Shown piece by piece: positions 27,189 through 36,438 of a DNA stretch of 36,816 nt. Source of the stretch: a virus (taxonomy: Duplodnaviria > Heunggongvirae > Uroviricota > Caudoviricetes). Made by a program: the position numbers and the translations under genes. How positions within the stretch are numbered: the stretch's first letter is position 1; every line of letters starts with the position of its first letter. The notes below the pieces were generated by a model. The model searched no databases and was not told the DNA's origin. It saw only the letters and a program-made list of their open reading frames with translations. The stretch is taken from positions 1 through 36,816 of the IMG/VR virus record IMGVR_UViG_2563366829_000018; one strand, 5' to 3'.

Positions 27189-27742
27189 GCGTTAGTTTCT
27201 CCACAACCAGAAGCAATCGACGCCACGACGCCCGGAGCTGCACACTCGCGGGCGTTACTCTTTTCTGGAGCGCAGAAGATTTTGTAGACCAGTGCTGCAT
27301 GCTCCTGGAGCTTCGAAATTGAAAGATACAGTTCGTCGTTAATTGCTGTCTTCTCATGCGGTTCCACTACACCGTCTTCGATTGCTGAACGAATCTGTCT
27401 GGAATAACTGCCGATCTGTTCAATGACTTCCAGCAGGCGCTGGTTTATATCGGCGTTCTCTACTGCCTCAATTTCAGGAAGCGATACGAACACCCCACCA
27501 GCAGACTGTGCGACAGCATCCGCAATGTAGTGAGTGCCAGCCGCACGCTGTAAAACCATTGCCCATCCCAGCGGGAAAATCTGATCGCCATCTGCACGAA
27601 GGCGGTTGAATAATGCGTTCTCTGTTACATCCAGCCACTCAGCAGCTTCAGCGTAACCCCCCGGCAACGCCGCGATAGTTTTTCTGACAGCTTTCACGTA
27701 CCACTCAGGCTGTTTTTCCACTTTCCAGTGATGATTACCCAC
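27185..27742 (-). CDS. Putative CII-like regulatory protein
   Basis: Position immediately downstream of cro; assignment is by position and weak resemblance only. Confidence 0.4.
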   Translation of the reverse strand: MGNHHWKVEKQPEWYVKAVRKTIAALPGGYAEAAEWLDVTENALFNRLRADGDQIFPLGWAMVLQRAAGTHYIADAVAQSAGGVFVSLPEIEAVENADINQRLLEVIEQIGSYSRQIRSAIEDGVVEPHEKTAINDELYLSISKLQEHAALVYKIFCAPEKSNARECAAPGVVASIASGCGETNA

Positions 27743-27995
27743 GGCTTACCTCCTGTTCCTGTGGTTTAAACCCATTCTGGTTTTGGCTAGATTGAAAACG
27801 TGCCGGATAAAGAATCTGCATTTCGCTGATTTCACCCTTAAAAAAATTGGCCAGACGTTCTGCAAGATCGATAGATGGAATTTGTTCCAGTCTTTCAATA
27901 CGACTCAGCGTCGCTGGATTGACCTGAACGCCCGCAGCAACATGCTGCAAAGTAAATCCGTGCGCCTTACGCACATTCCGTAATGGTGATTGCAT
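27735..27995 (-). CDS. cro: Cro-like repressor (XRE-family HTH)
   Basis: HTH (HGFTLQHVAAGVQVNPATLSRIE); divergent from cI; GGAGG RBS. Confidence 0.8.
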   Translation of the reverse strand: MQSPLRNVRKAHGFTLQHVAAGVQVNPATLSRIERLEQIPSIDLAERLANFFKGEISEMQILYPARFQSSQNQNGFKPQEQEVSRG

Positions 27996-28092
27996 ATAAC
28001 CTCCACATATTGCGTGATGAGCATATTATTTCACGCAAATATTTTGCGCAAGTTGATTTGCTTAACGCGCAATAAAGAAATGTAATAAACGC
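27996..28092. promoter_or_regulatory. Right operator / divergent promoter region between cro and cI
   Basis: Repeated palindromic half-sites (TTGCGTGA...TCACGCAA, CGCAAATATTTTGCG, TTGCGCAA) in the 97-bp cI-cro intergenic region. Confidence 0.6.
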
Positions 28093-28785
28093 ATGAACAT
28101 AGGAAACCGAGTCAGACAACTTCGCCAGGCGAAGAACATGAAAATCGCCGATCTCGCTGAAGCAATAGGAGTGGATGCGGCGAATATCTCACGCCTGGAA
28201 ACAGGTAAGCAGAAACAATTCACTGAACAAGCCCTGAGTAATATTGCCAGGAGCTTAGGTGTTGATATCGCTGATCTCTTTACCTCAGACGTCAAAAGTA
28301 ATACTGTATGTAAAAACAGTATTGGTGAGGATGTTGCGCAGGTGAAGGATGTATTCCGTATTGAAATGCTGGATGTCAGTGCCAGTGCGGGAAATGGCCT
28401 TATCCAGGGCGGTGATGTCATTGATGTGATTCATGCCATTGAATACAGAACTGATAATGCTGTATCGATGTTTGGCGGACGGCCAGCCAATCACATTAAA
28501 GTTATCAACGTTCGTGGGGACAGTATGTGTCCAACCATTGAGCCAGGAGATCTCATCTTCGTTGATATCAGTATCAATCAGTTTGATGGGGATGGTATAT
28601 ATGTATTTGGTTTTGATGATAAAATTTACGTCAAACGACTGCAAATGATACCTGATAAACTGCTGGTAATTTCTGATAATCAGATTTACCGCGAATGGGG
28701 AATTACCAGCGAAAACGAACATCGGTTTATGGTCTTTGGAAAGGTCTTAATCAGTCAGTCACAAACCCTTAAGCGACACAATTAA
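28093..28785 (+). CDS. cI: CI-type prophage repressor (XRE HTH plus S24 LexA-like autopeptidase domain)
   Basis: N-terminal HTH; C-terminal S24-like domain (VRGDSMCPTIEPGDLIFVD ... KIYVKRL); no Shine-Dalgarno sequence upstream of the ATG. Confidence 0.9.
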   Translation: MNIGNRVRQLRQAKNMKIADLAEAIGVDAANISRLETGKQKQFTEQALSNIARSLGVDIADLFTSDVKSNTVCKNSIGEDVAQVKDVFRIEMLDVSASAGNGLIQGGDVIDVIHAIEYRTDNAVSMFGGRPANHIKVINVRGDSMCPTIEPGDLIFVDISINQFDGDGIYVFGFDDKIYVKRLQMIPDKLLVISDNQIYREWGITSENEHRFMVFGKVLISQSQTLKRHN

Positions 28786-28805
28786 CCCCTACCTCAACAT
28801 CAATT

Positions 28806-28830
28806 AGCCACCAGAAGGTGGCTTTTCATT
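28806..28830 (+). terminator. Intrinsic terminator downstream of cI (AGCCACC-AGAA-GGTGGCT followed by TTTTCATT)
   Basis: Read directly. Confidence 0.5.
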
Positions 28831-28839
28831 ACCCACCAA

Positions 28840-28900
28840 ATTGCATATCTCGCAATAAAAACACTTGCATAATGCGCAACTTCATTTTATCTTTCTTTCC
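28840..28900 (+). promoter_or_regulatory. Candidate left operator / pL region
   Basis: Operator-like repeats TTGCATATCTCGCAA and TTGCATAATGCGCAA resembling the half-sites of the right operator. Confidence 0.35.
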
Positions 28901-29487
28901 AGACATACAAACAAGGTACTAACAAAATTTGGTTGTAACACGGCGTATGGCACATGCGTCGTTAGCGGTCTGGTGACGTTAAAGGGGACAATCCACTCCT
29001 TGCTCGGGCAAACAAACCAGGTAGCCGGAATGTGCAAGTCAATGATGATGCTGATAAGACGCCTAACCAGCGTGGCGATCCGGTTTGACGCCTGGGAAGA
29101 GACCAGGGTGCAACGATGAGGGCATTTATGGAACCGCGACAAAGTGTGGTGCCGTAACTGGCTAAGTGCTCTCAGCGTTGTGGTAATCCGCGAAATGGCG
29201 CGGCGGTAAGTATGGCGGGGTTACTCTTTCCCCGTTGAGGACACCGGATTGTCAGGTTGACCATACGCCTGAGTGACAACCCCACCACAACAGCCACTGC
29301 TTTGGCGGTACCAGTTTGTACCCTTGCTTCCGGCTGGTACCGCTCTTTTTACAAAACAGAGAAGAGCATCACCGGACGACGGGCTCATAACCCAATCCAT
29401 CCGGGCGGCTGTCACCGCAGGTGTTCTTCTCTGTTTTGTGGAGAAACCAACCGACCTTGCAGGGTCGGTATGATGAGGAGCAGCAAA

Positions 29488-29850
29488 ATGGCTAGCGTAC
29501 GCAGTACTGATGTGCAGGTATTTATCGTAGAACTGGACGGCGGCGTATTTGAAACCAAACTCGGCGCAGTTCTCAGTGAAGTCGCTTCCGGTGTGATGAA
29601 CACGAAAAACAAAGGTAAAGTCTCGGTCAATCTGGACATCGAACCGTTTGATGAGAACCGTGTGAAAATCAAACACAAACTCTCATATGTTCGCCCGACT
29701 AACCGCGGGAAAATCTCCGAAGAAGACACCACCGAAACGCCGATGTATGTCAATCGAGGTGGTCGCCTGACTATTCTGCAGGAAGACCAGGGACAATTAC
29801 TGACTCTTGCCGGTGAACCTGACGGAAAACTCCGCGCAGCAGGTCGTTAA
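29488..29850 (+). CDS. YfdP-like hypothetical protein (120 aa)
   Basis: GAGGAG RBS; size and position match the yfdP-yfdQ-yfdR-yfdS module of prophage CPS-53. Confidence 0.55.
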   Translation: MASVRSTDVQVFIVELDGGVFETKLGAVLSEVASGVMNTKNKGKVSVNLDIEPFDENRVKIKHKLSYVRPTNRGKISEEDTTETPMYVNRGGRLTILQEDQGQLLTLAGEPDGKLRAAGR

Positions 29851-29915
29851 TATCGTTCGTAATAAACTGATTATTTATCTCATCACTGAATATCTTTATA
29901 TAGTGAGGACTTATT

Positions 29916-30740
29916 ATGTCTCAGAACTTAGACGCAACCGCAATTAATCAAATCCATGCCCTTATTTCTGCTCAGGGTGTTAATGAAATTATCAGTAAGA
30001 TTGGTGCCGATGCTGTGGCATTGCCTGAGAATTTCCGCATTCATGATCTGGAAAAATTTAATTTAAATCGCTTCCGTTTCCGTGGTGCACTTTCCACTGC
30101 CAGCATCGATGATTTTACCCGTTATTCTAAAGATCTTGCAGATGAAGGCACCCGCTGCTTTATCGATGCCGATAATATGCGTGCCGTCAGTGTGCTTAAC
30201 CTGGGTACTATTGATGAGCCAGGTCACGCAGATAACACTGCCACTCTCAAACTGAAAAAGACAGCACCGTTCTCTGCTCTGTTGTCTGTTAACGGCGAGC
30301 GTAACTCCCAGAAGTCACTGGCAGAATGGATCGAAGACTGGGCCGACTACCTTGTGGGCTTTGATGCTAATGGTGACGCTATTCAGGCAACAAAAGCGGC
30401 TGCGGCAGTCCGTAAAATCACGATTGAAGCAAACCAGACCGCTGATTTTGAAGATAATTACTTCAGCGGCAAACGCTCCCTGATGGAGTCTGTCGAAGCG
30501 AAGACCAAAGACATTATGCCAGTGGCATTTGAATTTAAATGCGTTCCGTTTGAAGGTCTGAAAGAACGTCCGTTTAAATTACGCCTCAGCATTATCACTG
30601 GCGATCGTCCTGTACTGGTTCTGCGCATTATTCAGCTGGAAGCGGTGCAGGAAGAAATGGCTAACGAATTTCGTGATCTGCTTGTTGAGAAATTCAAAGA
30701 CAGCAAAGTAGAAACCTTTATTGGTACTTTCACCGCCTGA
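29916..30740 (+). CDS. YfdQ-like DUF2303 protein (274 aa)
   Basis: Length and gene order match yfdQ. Confidence 0.65.
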   Translation: MSQNLDATAINQIHALISAQGVNEIISKIGADAVALPENFRIHDLEKFNLNRFRFRGALSTASIDDFTRYSKDLADEGTRCFIDADNMRAVSVLNLGTIDEPGHADNTATLKLKKTAPFSALLSVNGERNSQKSLAEWIEDWADYLVGFDANGDAIQATKAAAAVRKITIEANQTADFEDNYFSGKRSLMESVEAKTKDIMPVAFEFKCVPFEGLKERPFKLRLSIITGDRPVLVLRIIQLEAVQEEMANEFRDLLVEKFKDSKVETFIGTFTA

Positions 30741-30867
30741 TTTCATTACTGCAAATGCCCCTGCGGGGGCATTTATGGAAACGTAATTAACTCAATAATC
30801 ACCGGATGGTGAGGGCTTCCTTTTACCAGAATTCAGCGCGGTGCAGTGCATATACGTGGAGAACAAA

Positions 30868-31404
30868 ATGTCATTTATTAAAACTTTTTCCGGGAAGCAT
30901 TTTTATTATGACAAGATAAATAAAGACGACATCGATATTAACGATATCGCGGTTTCCCTTTCAAATATCTGTCGCTTTGCCGGTCATCTTTCGCACTTCT
31001 ACAGCGTCGCCCAACATGCGGTTCTTTGCAGCCAGCTGGTGCCGCAGGAATTTGCTTTTGAAGCGTTAATGCATGATGCAACAGAAGCGTATTGCCAGGA
31101 CATTCCCGCACCACTGAAACGCCTTCTTCCTGACTATAAACGGATGGAAGAAAAAATAGACGCCGTAATCCGTGAGAAATACGGGTTACCCCCAGTTATG
31201 AGTACACCCGTGAAATATGCCGATCTCATCATGCTGGCAACCGAACGCCGCGATCTCGGGCTTGATGATGGCTCTTTCTGGCCTGTACTGGAAGGCATCC
31301 CGGCAACAGAGATGTTCAACGTGATTCCACTGGCACCGGGTCATGCCTACGGGATGTTTATGGAACGTTTTAACGATTTATCGGAGTTACGCAAATGCGC
31401 ATGA
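30868..31404 (+). CDS. HD-domain phosphohydrolase (YfdR-like 5'-deoxynucleotidase, 178 aa)
   Basis: HD motif context (SVAQHAVLCSQL ... ALMHDATEAYCQDIPAPLK). Confidence 0.7.
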   Translation: MSFIKTFSGKHFYYDKINKDDIDINDIAVSLSNICRFAGHLSHFYSVAQHAVLCSQLVPQEFAFEALMHDATEAYCQDIPAPLKRLLPDYKRMEEKIDAVIREKYGLPPVMSTPVKYADLIMLATERRDLGLDDGSFWPVLEGIPATEMFNVIPLAPGHAYGMFMERFNDLSELRKCA

Positions 31405-31757
31405 ATGTTTTCGAAATGGAAGGGTTTCTTCGCGGGAAATGTGTACCGCGAGATCTGAAAGTGAATGAAACAAATGCTGAGTACCTGTTACGTAAATTCG
31501 ACGCGCTTGAAGCTAAATGTGCGGCACTGGAAAACAAAATAATACCAGTGTCAGCTGAACTGCCACCAGCAAATGAAAGTGTTCTGTTATTTGATGCTAA
31601 CGGAGAAGGCTGGCTAATTGGCTGGCGTTCTCTCTGGTACACCTGGGGACAAAAAGAAACCGGAGAATGGCTGTGGACATTTCAGGTCGGGGACCTTGAA
31701 AACGTCAATATCACTCACTGGGCAGTAATGCCGAAAGCACCGAAGAATAAAAAATGA
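31395..31757 (+). CDS. DUF551-like protein (YfdS-like, 120 aa)
   Basis: ELPPANESVLLFDANGEGWLIGW motif; size and order match yfdS. Confidence 0.6.
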   Translation: MRMNVFEMEGFLRGKCVPRDLKVNETNAEYLLRKFDALEAKCAALENKIIPVSAELPPANESVLLFDANGEGWLIGWRSLWYTWGQKETGEWLWTFQVGDLENVNITHWAVMPKAPKNKK

Positions 31758-31957
31758 GCGTGATAAAAACTCATACAGGAATTGTTATCACCCGAGACGG
31801 TCCGCAGGTAAAAAAACTGCACCAGACAAAGCGGATGTGGGTCGTCGGAAAAAACGAGTTTTACCACAAAGAAACCGGACGCCGCCACTTTGCAGAAAAT
31901 ACTCGCCGCCGACTGCTGATCGATACCATCAAGCCTATCGAGGTGAAGCATGTTTAA
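31754..31957 (+). CDS. Hypothetical small protein (67 aa)
   Basis: ORF with overlapping stop/start in the operon. Confidence 0.35.
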   Translation: MSVIKTHTGIVITRDGPQVKKLHQTKRMWVVGKNEFYHKETGRRHFAENTRRRLLIDTIKPIEVKHV

Positions 31958-32189
31958 ACAGAACGAAAAATCTATCGCTCAAATTGCTGAGTATATCCCG
32001 CGTGCGTGCCGGGATATGCAGTTGCAGGAAGCCAAAGCACGCCTGGAGAAAAAAATTGCGCTCTATATCGATGACGGCTGTGATGCCGCCGTTCTTAACG
32101 CGGCGTTCGCGCCAGCTCTTAACAGTCATACGCGAAAGTCTTTTTTTTCGTGCATCGCAGCGCAGATCCGTAAAGGAGGCAACCAGTGA
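31950..32189 (+). CDS. Hypothetical small protein (79 aa)
   Basis: ORF with overlapping stop/start in the operon. Confidence 0.35.
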   Translation: MFKQNEKSIAQIAEYIPRACRDMQLQEAKARLEKKIALYIDDGCDAAVLNAAFAPALNSHTRKSFFSCIAAQIRKGGNQ

Positions 32190-32785
32190 GCAACATTAAC
32201 TATCAGGTACTGCGTGAAAAGGCAGAGAAAGCAACTAAAGGAAGCTACATCGTAGGGCATACATCTGTTAACCAACACGGCAATTTAACAGGAGTTTTTG
32301 TTTGTCAAAAATGGAAAGGAGAACCCGGTGGCGTAATTGCAGAATGTCACGTTAACTGCCTGGTTGAAACAGATGCTCAGGCTTATGCAAACGCTGAATT
32401 CATAGCAGAGGCTAACCCGGCTACCGTGCTGGCACTGCTGGATGAACAGGAAAGAAACCAGCAATACATCAAACGCCGCGACCAGGAGAACGAGGATATT
32501 GCGCTAACGGTAGGGAAGCTGCGCGTTGAGCTTGAGGAGACAAAATCAAAACTCAACGAGCAGCGCGAGTATTATGAGGGAGTTATCTCTGATGGGTGCA
32601 AGCGTATTGCTGAACTGGAAGCGCGGGAAGTTCAATTACCGACTCGCTACGACCTTCGATATGGACACCCCATAAATGCAGATGAGCGACAAGTCATGAT
32701 ACCTAAAGAAAATGGCAGTTGGCTTTACCTGATTGACCTAGAACACGCATTACGCGTCGCTGACATTCGCATCAAAGGAGAGTGA
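32186..32785 (+). CDS. Ead/Ea22-like protein
   Basis: N-terminus MSNINYQVLREKAEKATKG and central coiled-coil typical of Ea22-like early-left proteins. Confidence 0.6.
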   Translation: MSNINYQVLREKAEKATKGSYIVGHTSVNQHGNLTGVFVCQKWKGEPGGVIAECHVNCLVETDAQAYANAEFIAEANPATVLALLDEQERNQQYIKRRDQENEDIALTVGKLRVELEETKSKLNEQREYYEGVISDGCKRIAELEAREVQLPTRYDLRYGHPINADERQVMIPKENGSWLYLIDLEHALRVADIRIKGE

Positions 32786-32786
32786 T

Positions 32787-33302
32787 ATGGCGTTAACACA
32801 CCACGAACTCTGTCAGATTGCGTACAAGTTCCTTAAGCGCAACGGGTTCAAGGTTTGCTTTCATGACCGCTTTGTTGCTGTAACCAGTACCGGAGAACAG
32901 CCAGATGCTATGGGATTCAGAAATTCAGCATCATGCCTGATAGAGGCGAAGTGTTCTCGTGCTGACTTGTTGGCAGATAGAAAAAAGCGTTTCCGTAAAA
33001 ATCCCTCACTTGGCATGGGCGACTGGCGATTCTTTATTAGTGAGCCGGAAATTATTTCAGTTGAGGATTTACCTCCCGGCTGGGGATTACTTCACGTTGT
33101 TAACGGAAGAGTACGGAAAGTACATGGATGGCCCAGGGGTAATTGCTGTTGGGGTAATCCTGACGATAAGCCATTTACCGGGAATAAGCAGGTTGAATGC
33201 GATTACATGTTATCTGCATTAAGGCGCATGGAGTTGAGAGGGCACCTTAATGAAATATATGACGGTGTAATTGTTAATAAGAAAGAAGGAAACGCGGCAT
33301 GA
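32787..33302 (+). CDS. Putative PD-(D/E)xK-type nuclease (171 aa)
   Basis: Candidate catalytic triad in EQPDAMGF ... CLIEAKCS. Confidence 0.45.
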   Translation: MALTHHELCQIAYKFLKRNGFKVCFHDRFVAVTSTGEQPDAMGFRNSASCLIEAKCSRADLLADRKKRFRKNPSLGMGDWRFFISEPEIISVEDLPPGWGLLHVVNGRVRKVHGWPRGNCCWGNPDDKPFTGNKQVECDYMLSALRRMELRGHLNEIYDGVIVNKKEGNAA

Positions 33303-33817
33303 TCACTATTACCAAAGAGCGACTGCTGACAATCAAGCAGTGGCGCGAAACATACGGACCGGGTAGCAACGTTGTACTGCCAGCAGAAGAAGCGGAAGAA
33401 CTGGCACGAATTGCTCTGGCATCGCTGGAAGCAGAGCCGATAGGTTTCCGTTGCAGGCGCAATGATAACCTTGGTGATTGGAGTTACGTATATCATCGAG
33501 AGCCAGATGATTTTGAGCGCAAACATTTAGTGATAGAGGGCATTTACGCCGCCCCTCCAGCGCCGGTAGTGCCGGAAGAAATGTATTGGCAGGATGCGCC
33601 AGTTGAAGGCAGCAGCAAAGCGGCTGCATACGCTACAGGCTGGAACGATTGCCGCGAAGCCATGCTTCAGTCCGGAAACTTTCGGGAAAATAAAGATTCG
33701 TCAACCAATAATTTTCGGAAAATCCCGGAAGCGTCAACCAGCTCTCCGGTAACTCCGGATGGTTGGATAAGCTGTAGTGAGCGAATGCCGGACGACAGGC
33801 AGGAGGTGAATCAATGA
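33299..33817 (+). CDS. Hypothetical protein (172 aa) with a DUF551-like C-terminal motif
   Basis: C-terminal DGWISCSERMPDD resembles the DUF551 core. Confidence 0.45.
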   Translation: MITITKERLLTIKQWRETYGPGSNVVLPAEEAEELARIALASLEAEPIGFRCRRNDNLGDWSYVYHREPDDFERKHLVIEGIYAAPPAPVVPEEMYWQDAPVEGSSKAAAYATGWNDCREAMLQSGNFRENKDSSTNNFRKIPEASTSSPVTPDGWISCSERMPDDRQEVNQ

Positions 33818-33897
33818 GCTGGCCTGATGCAATCGTAACTCTGGGGGTGGTATTCGCAGCAGCGTTTGTTGTGTTCTCGATTTGTCGATGGGGATAA
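33814..33897 (+). CDS. Candidate small hydrophobic peptide (27 aa, single transmembrane helix)
   Basis: AGGAGG 7 nt upstream; ATGA overlap with the preceding stop; MSWPDAIVTLGVVFAAAFVVFSICRWG. Confidence 0.3.
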   Translation: MSWPDAIVTLGVVFAAAFVVFSICRWG

Positions 33898-33901
33898 CCA
33901 C

Positions 33902-34144
33902 ATGTTCGCTTTGATTCAACGCGGTCAGATATACACGGACAGAGCTGGATACCCCGTGGTGATTACTCGCATCACTGAGCACTCAGTGTTCTTTCGACGG
34001 ATGGACGGACGATCCGGGCGGGTACGCATTGGTGAGTTAAACTGCCTGTTCGAACATATTGACCACCAGGAGTACCGCAAAATTCTCGCGGACACTGAGC
34101 AGGAAAAGCACCTGAAAAAATTACGAGCCATAAAAAGGAAGTAA
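33902..34144 (+). CDS. Hypothetical protein (80 aa)
   Basis: ORF upstream of xis; start taken at the internal Met. Confidence 0.4.
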   Translation: MFALIQRGQIYTDRAGYPVVITRITEHSVFFRRMDGRSGRVRIGELNCLFEHIDHQEYRKILADTEQEKHLKKLRAIKRK

Positions 34145-34146
34145 AG

Positions 34147-34293
34147 AATGAATAAAGCATTTGAACGATGGGTCCACCAGCGTTACTGCAATCGCTATGA
34201 CCTGACGCGAGATGTTGACGGCTTCTACTGTCGTGAAGTTGTGAAGCGAATGTTTGAAGTGTGGTGCCACTGCCGTGGGCTGAGTGTTGTGTG
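34147..34293 (+). CDS. Hypothetical Cys-rich small protein (48 aa)
   Basis: GGAAG RBS; tightly packed between neighbouring ORFs. Confidence 0.3.
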
Positions 34294-34302
34294 AGGTAAT
34301 AC

Positions 34303-34539
34303 ATGGGCAATGTGATTCAACTGGCTCCCAATGAATGGGTTTGTGAAAGCGTTCTTATCGCAATTACCGGGCTCAAACCAGGCACAATTCTTCGGGCCCG
34401 GAAAGAATGCTGGATGGTTGGAAGAGAGTATATTCACGTATCACCAGACGGTAATCCAAAGCCTTCCAGTGAATGTATGTATAACAGAAAAGCAATAGAT
34501 GCCTGGGTCGCCTCAATGAAAAACAAACAACCCAGGTGA
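34303..34539 (+). CDS. xis: Excisionase
   Basis: 78 aa, immediately upstream of int; resembles e14/DLP12-type excisionases. Confidence 0.65.
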   Translation: MGNVIQLAPNEWVCESVLIAITGLKPGTILRARKECWMVGREYIHVSPDGNPKPSSECMYNRKAIDAWVASMKNKQPR

Positions 34540-34594
34540 TTTAATATCATGAAATATGTAAGCTCGTATCGCTCTTGGGCGTCTGGAGGTATCG

Positions 34595-35908
34595 ATGGAT
34601 AAAGTCAAATATCCAACAGGCGTCGAAAACCACGGCGGCACATTACGCATCTGGTTTAATTTTAAAGGTAAACGTGTCAGGGAAAATCTTGGTGTCCCTG
34701 ACACTGCCAAGAACAGGAAGATCGCCGGGGAACTGCGGACATCAGTATGTTTTGCCATCCGCACAGGAAGCTTTGATTATGCTGCACAGTTCCCTGACTC
34801 CCCCAACCTTCAGGCTTTTGGGGTAAGTAAAAAAGAAATTACGGTGAAGGAACTTGAAGAAAAGTGGCTGGATCTGAAACGAATGGAAATCTCTGCAAAT
34901 GCATTCAATCGCTATGAATCCGTTGCAAGAACGATGGTTCCGAAAATTGGAGGCAGTAGACTGGTGTCATCGGTAACCAAAGAGGAATTGCTGTATATCA
35001 GGAAAGATTTGCTGACCGGGTATCAGAATTCAACGAAAAACAAAGCAGCAGCAAAAGGACGGAGCGTCGTTACTGTAAATTATTACATGACGACAATCGC
35101 TGGAATGTTTCAGTTTGCTGCAGATCACGGTTACTTAGAAGCAAATCCCTTCCAGGGAATTAAGCCTCTTAAAAGAGCCAGGGCAGAGCCAGATCCGCTA
35201 ACTCGTGACGAATTTATTCGCCTGATAGATGCTTGCCGACATCAGCAGACGAAAAACCTGTGGTCATTGGCTGTGTACACAGGAATGCGTCACGGTGAAC
35301 TGGTCTCCCTGGCCTGGGAAGATATCGATCTGAAGGCAGGAACAATTACCATCAGGCGCAATTATACGAAACTTGGTGAGTTCACTCTACCGAAAACTGA
35401 AGCAAGCACAAACAGGGTTGTGCACCTTATCCAGCCCGCTATCAGTGTCCTGAAAAATCAGGCTGAAATGACAAGACTGGGTAAGCAGTACAACATCAAG
35501 GTGCAACTACGTGAATATGGACGTTCAGTGAACCATGAATGTACTTTCGTGTTTAACCCTCAAGTGGTTAGAAAAAGCGAACAGGTAGGTTTTGTCTACA
35601 AAGTCGATTCTGTAGGTGACTCATGGGAAACAGCCATTAAGCGTGCAGGGATCAGGCATCGAAAGGCATACCAGTCACGACACACTTATGCGTGCTGGTC
35701 ATTATCTGCCGGAGCAAACCCAAGCTTCATTGCCAGCCAGATGGGCCATGCAAGTGCCCAGATGGTATTCAATGTATACGGAGCATGGATGACTGACAGC
35801 AATGCAGAACAGATCGCAATGCTGAATCAGAAGCTGACAGATTATGTCCCAATGATGCCCCATAGTCACCAAAGTGACACCAGAGGCTTATTAAAATCAG
35901 TAAGTTAA
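34595..35908 (+). CDS. int: Tyrosine-type site-specific integrase
   Basis: C-terminal catalytic motifs (R...HxxR...Y: MRHGELVSL, YQSRHTYACW, VFNVYG); GGAGG RBS; at the prophage end. Confidence 0.9.
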   Translation: MDKVKYPTGVENHGGTLRIWFNFKGKRVRENLGVPDTAKNRKIAGELRTSVCFAIRTGSFDYAAQFPDSPNLQAFGVSKKEITVKELEEKWLDLKRMEISANAFNRYESVARTMVPKIGGSRLVSSVTKEELLYIRKDLLTGYQNSTKNKAAAKGRSVVTVNYYMTTIAGMFQFAADHGYLEANPFQGIKPLKRARAEPDPLTRDEFIRLIDACRHQQTKNLWSLAVYTGMRHGELVSLAWEDIDLKAGTITIRRNYTKLGEFTLPKTEASTNRVVHLIQPAISVLKNQAEMTRLGKQYNIKVQLREYGRSVNHECTFVFNPQVVRKSEQVGFVYKVDSVGDSWETAIKRAGIRHRKAYQSRHTYACWSLSAGANPSFIASQMGHASAQMVFNVYGAWMTDSNAEQIAMLNQKLTDYVPMMPHSHQSDTRGLLKSVS

Positions 35909-35934
35909 TCCTTAATACCCGTCATGTTAACTGC

Positions 35935-36438
35935 GTGGAGGGCAACACCACGCTTTACGCCCTGCCGAAACCCGAGGTTGTCCTGCGCTGGCGTGAGCAG
36001 ACCACAGATGACTTCCGCTTCTGTTTTAAGTTTCCGGCGACCATTTCGCATCAGGCAGCATTACGGCATTGCGATGATTTAGTGACTGAATTTTTGACCC
36101 GCATGTCACCGTTGGCTCCGCGCATTGGGCAATACTGGCTGCAACTGCCTGCCACATTCGGCCCACGGGAGCTGCCTGCGCTTTGGCATTTTCTCGATTC
36201 TCTTCCTGGCGAATTTAATTATGGCGTGGAAGTCCGCCATCCACAGTTTTTCGCCAAAGGAGAAGAGGAACAAACGCTTAATCGCGGTTTACATCAGCGC
36301 GGCGTTAATCGGGTGATTTTAGACAGCCGCCCGGTTCATGCAGCACGTCCACACAGTGAAGCTATTCGCGACGCTCAACGAAAAAAACCTAAAGTTCCGG
36401 TACATGCTGTACTGACGGCGACAAATCCGCTGATCTGA
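35935..36438 (+). pseudogene. Truncated host gene fragment (possibly yecE, DUF72 family), cut at the 5' end by the prophage junction and at the 3' end by the IS element
   Basis: Reading frame is open upstream into int; stop codon is supplied by the first bases (TGA) of the IS inverted repeat. Confidence 0.45.

Noticed and set aside
28285-28722. Minus-strand 145-aa ORF
   Set aside because: Antisense to cI, whose HTH and S24 peptidase motifs are unambiguous
28865-29119. Plus-strand 84-aa ORF as a possible N-like antiterminator
   Set aside because: It starts inside the operator-like repeats, lacks an arginine-rich motif and has no RBS; the region is treated as non-coding leader
29221-29753. 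Minus-strand ORFs of 113-151 aa
   Set aside because: Antisense to the leader and the yfdP-like gene, which has a strong RBS
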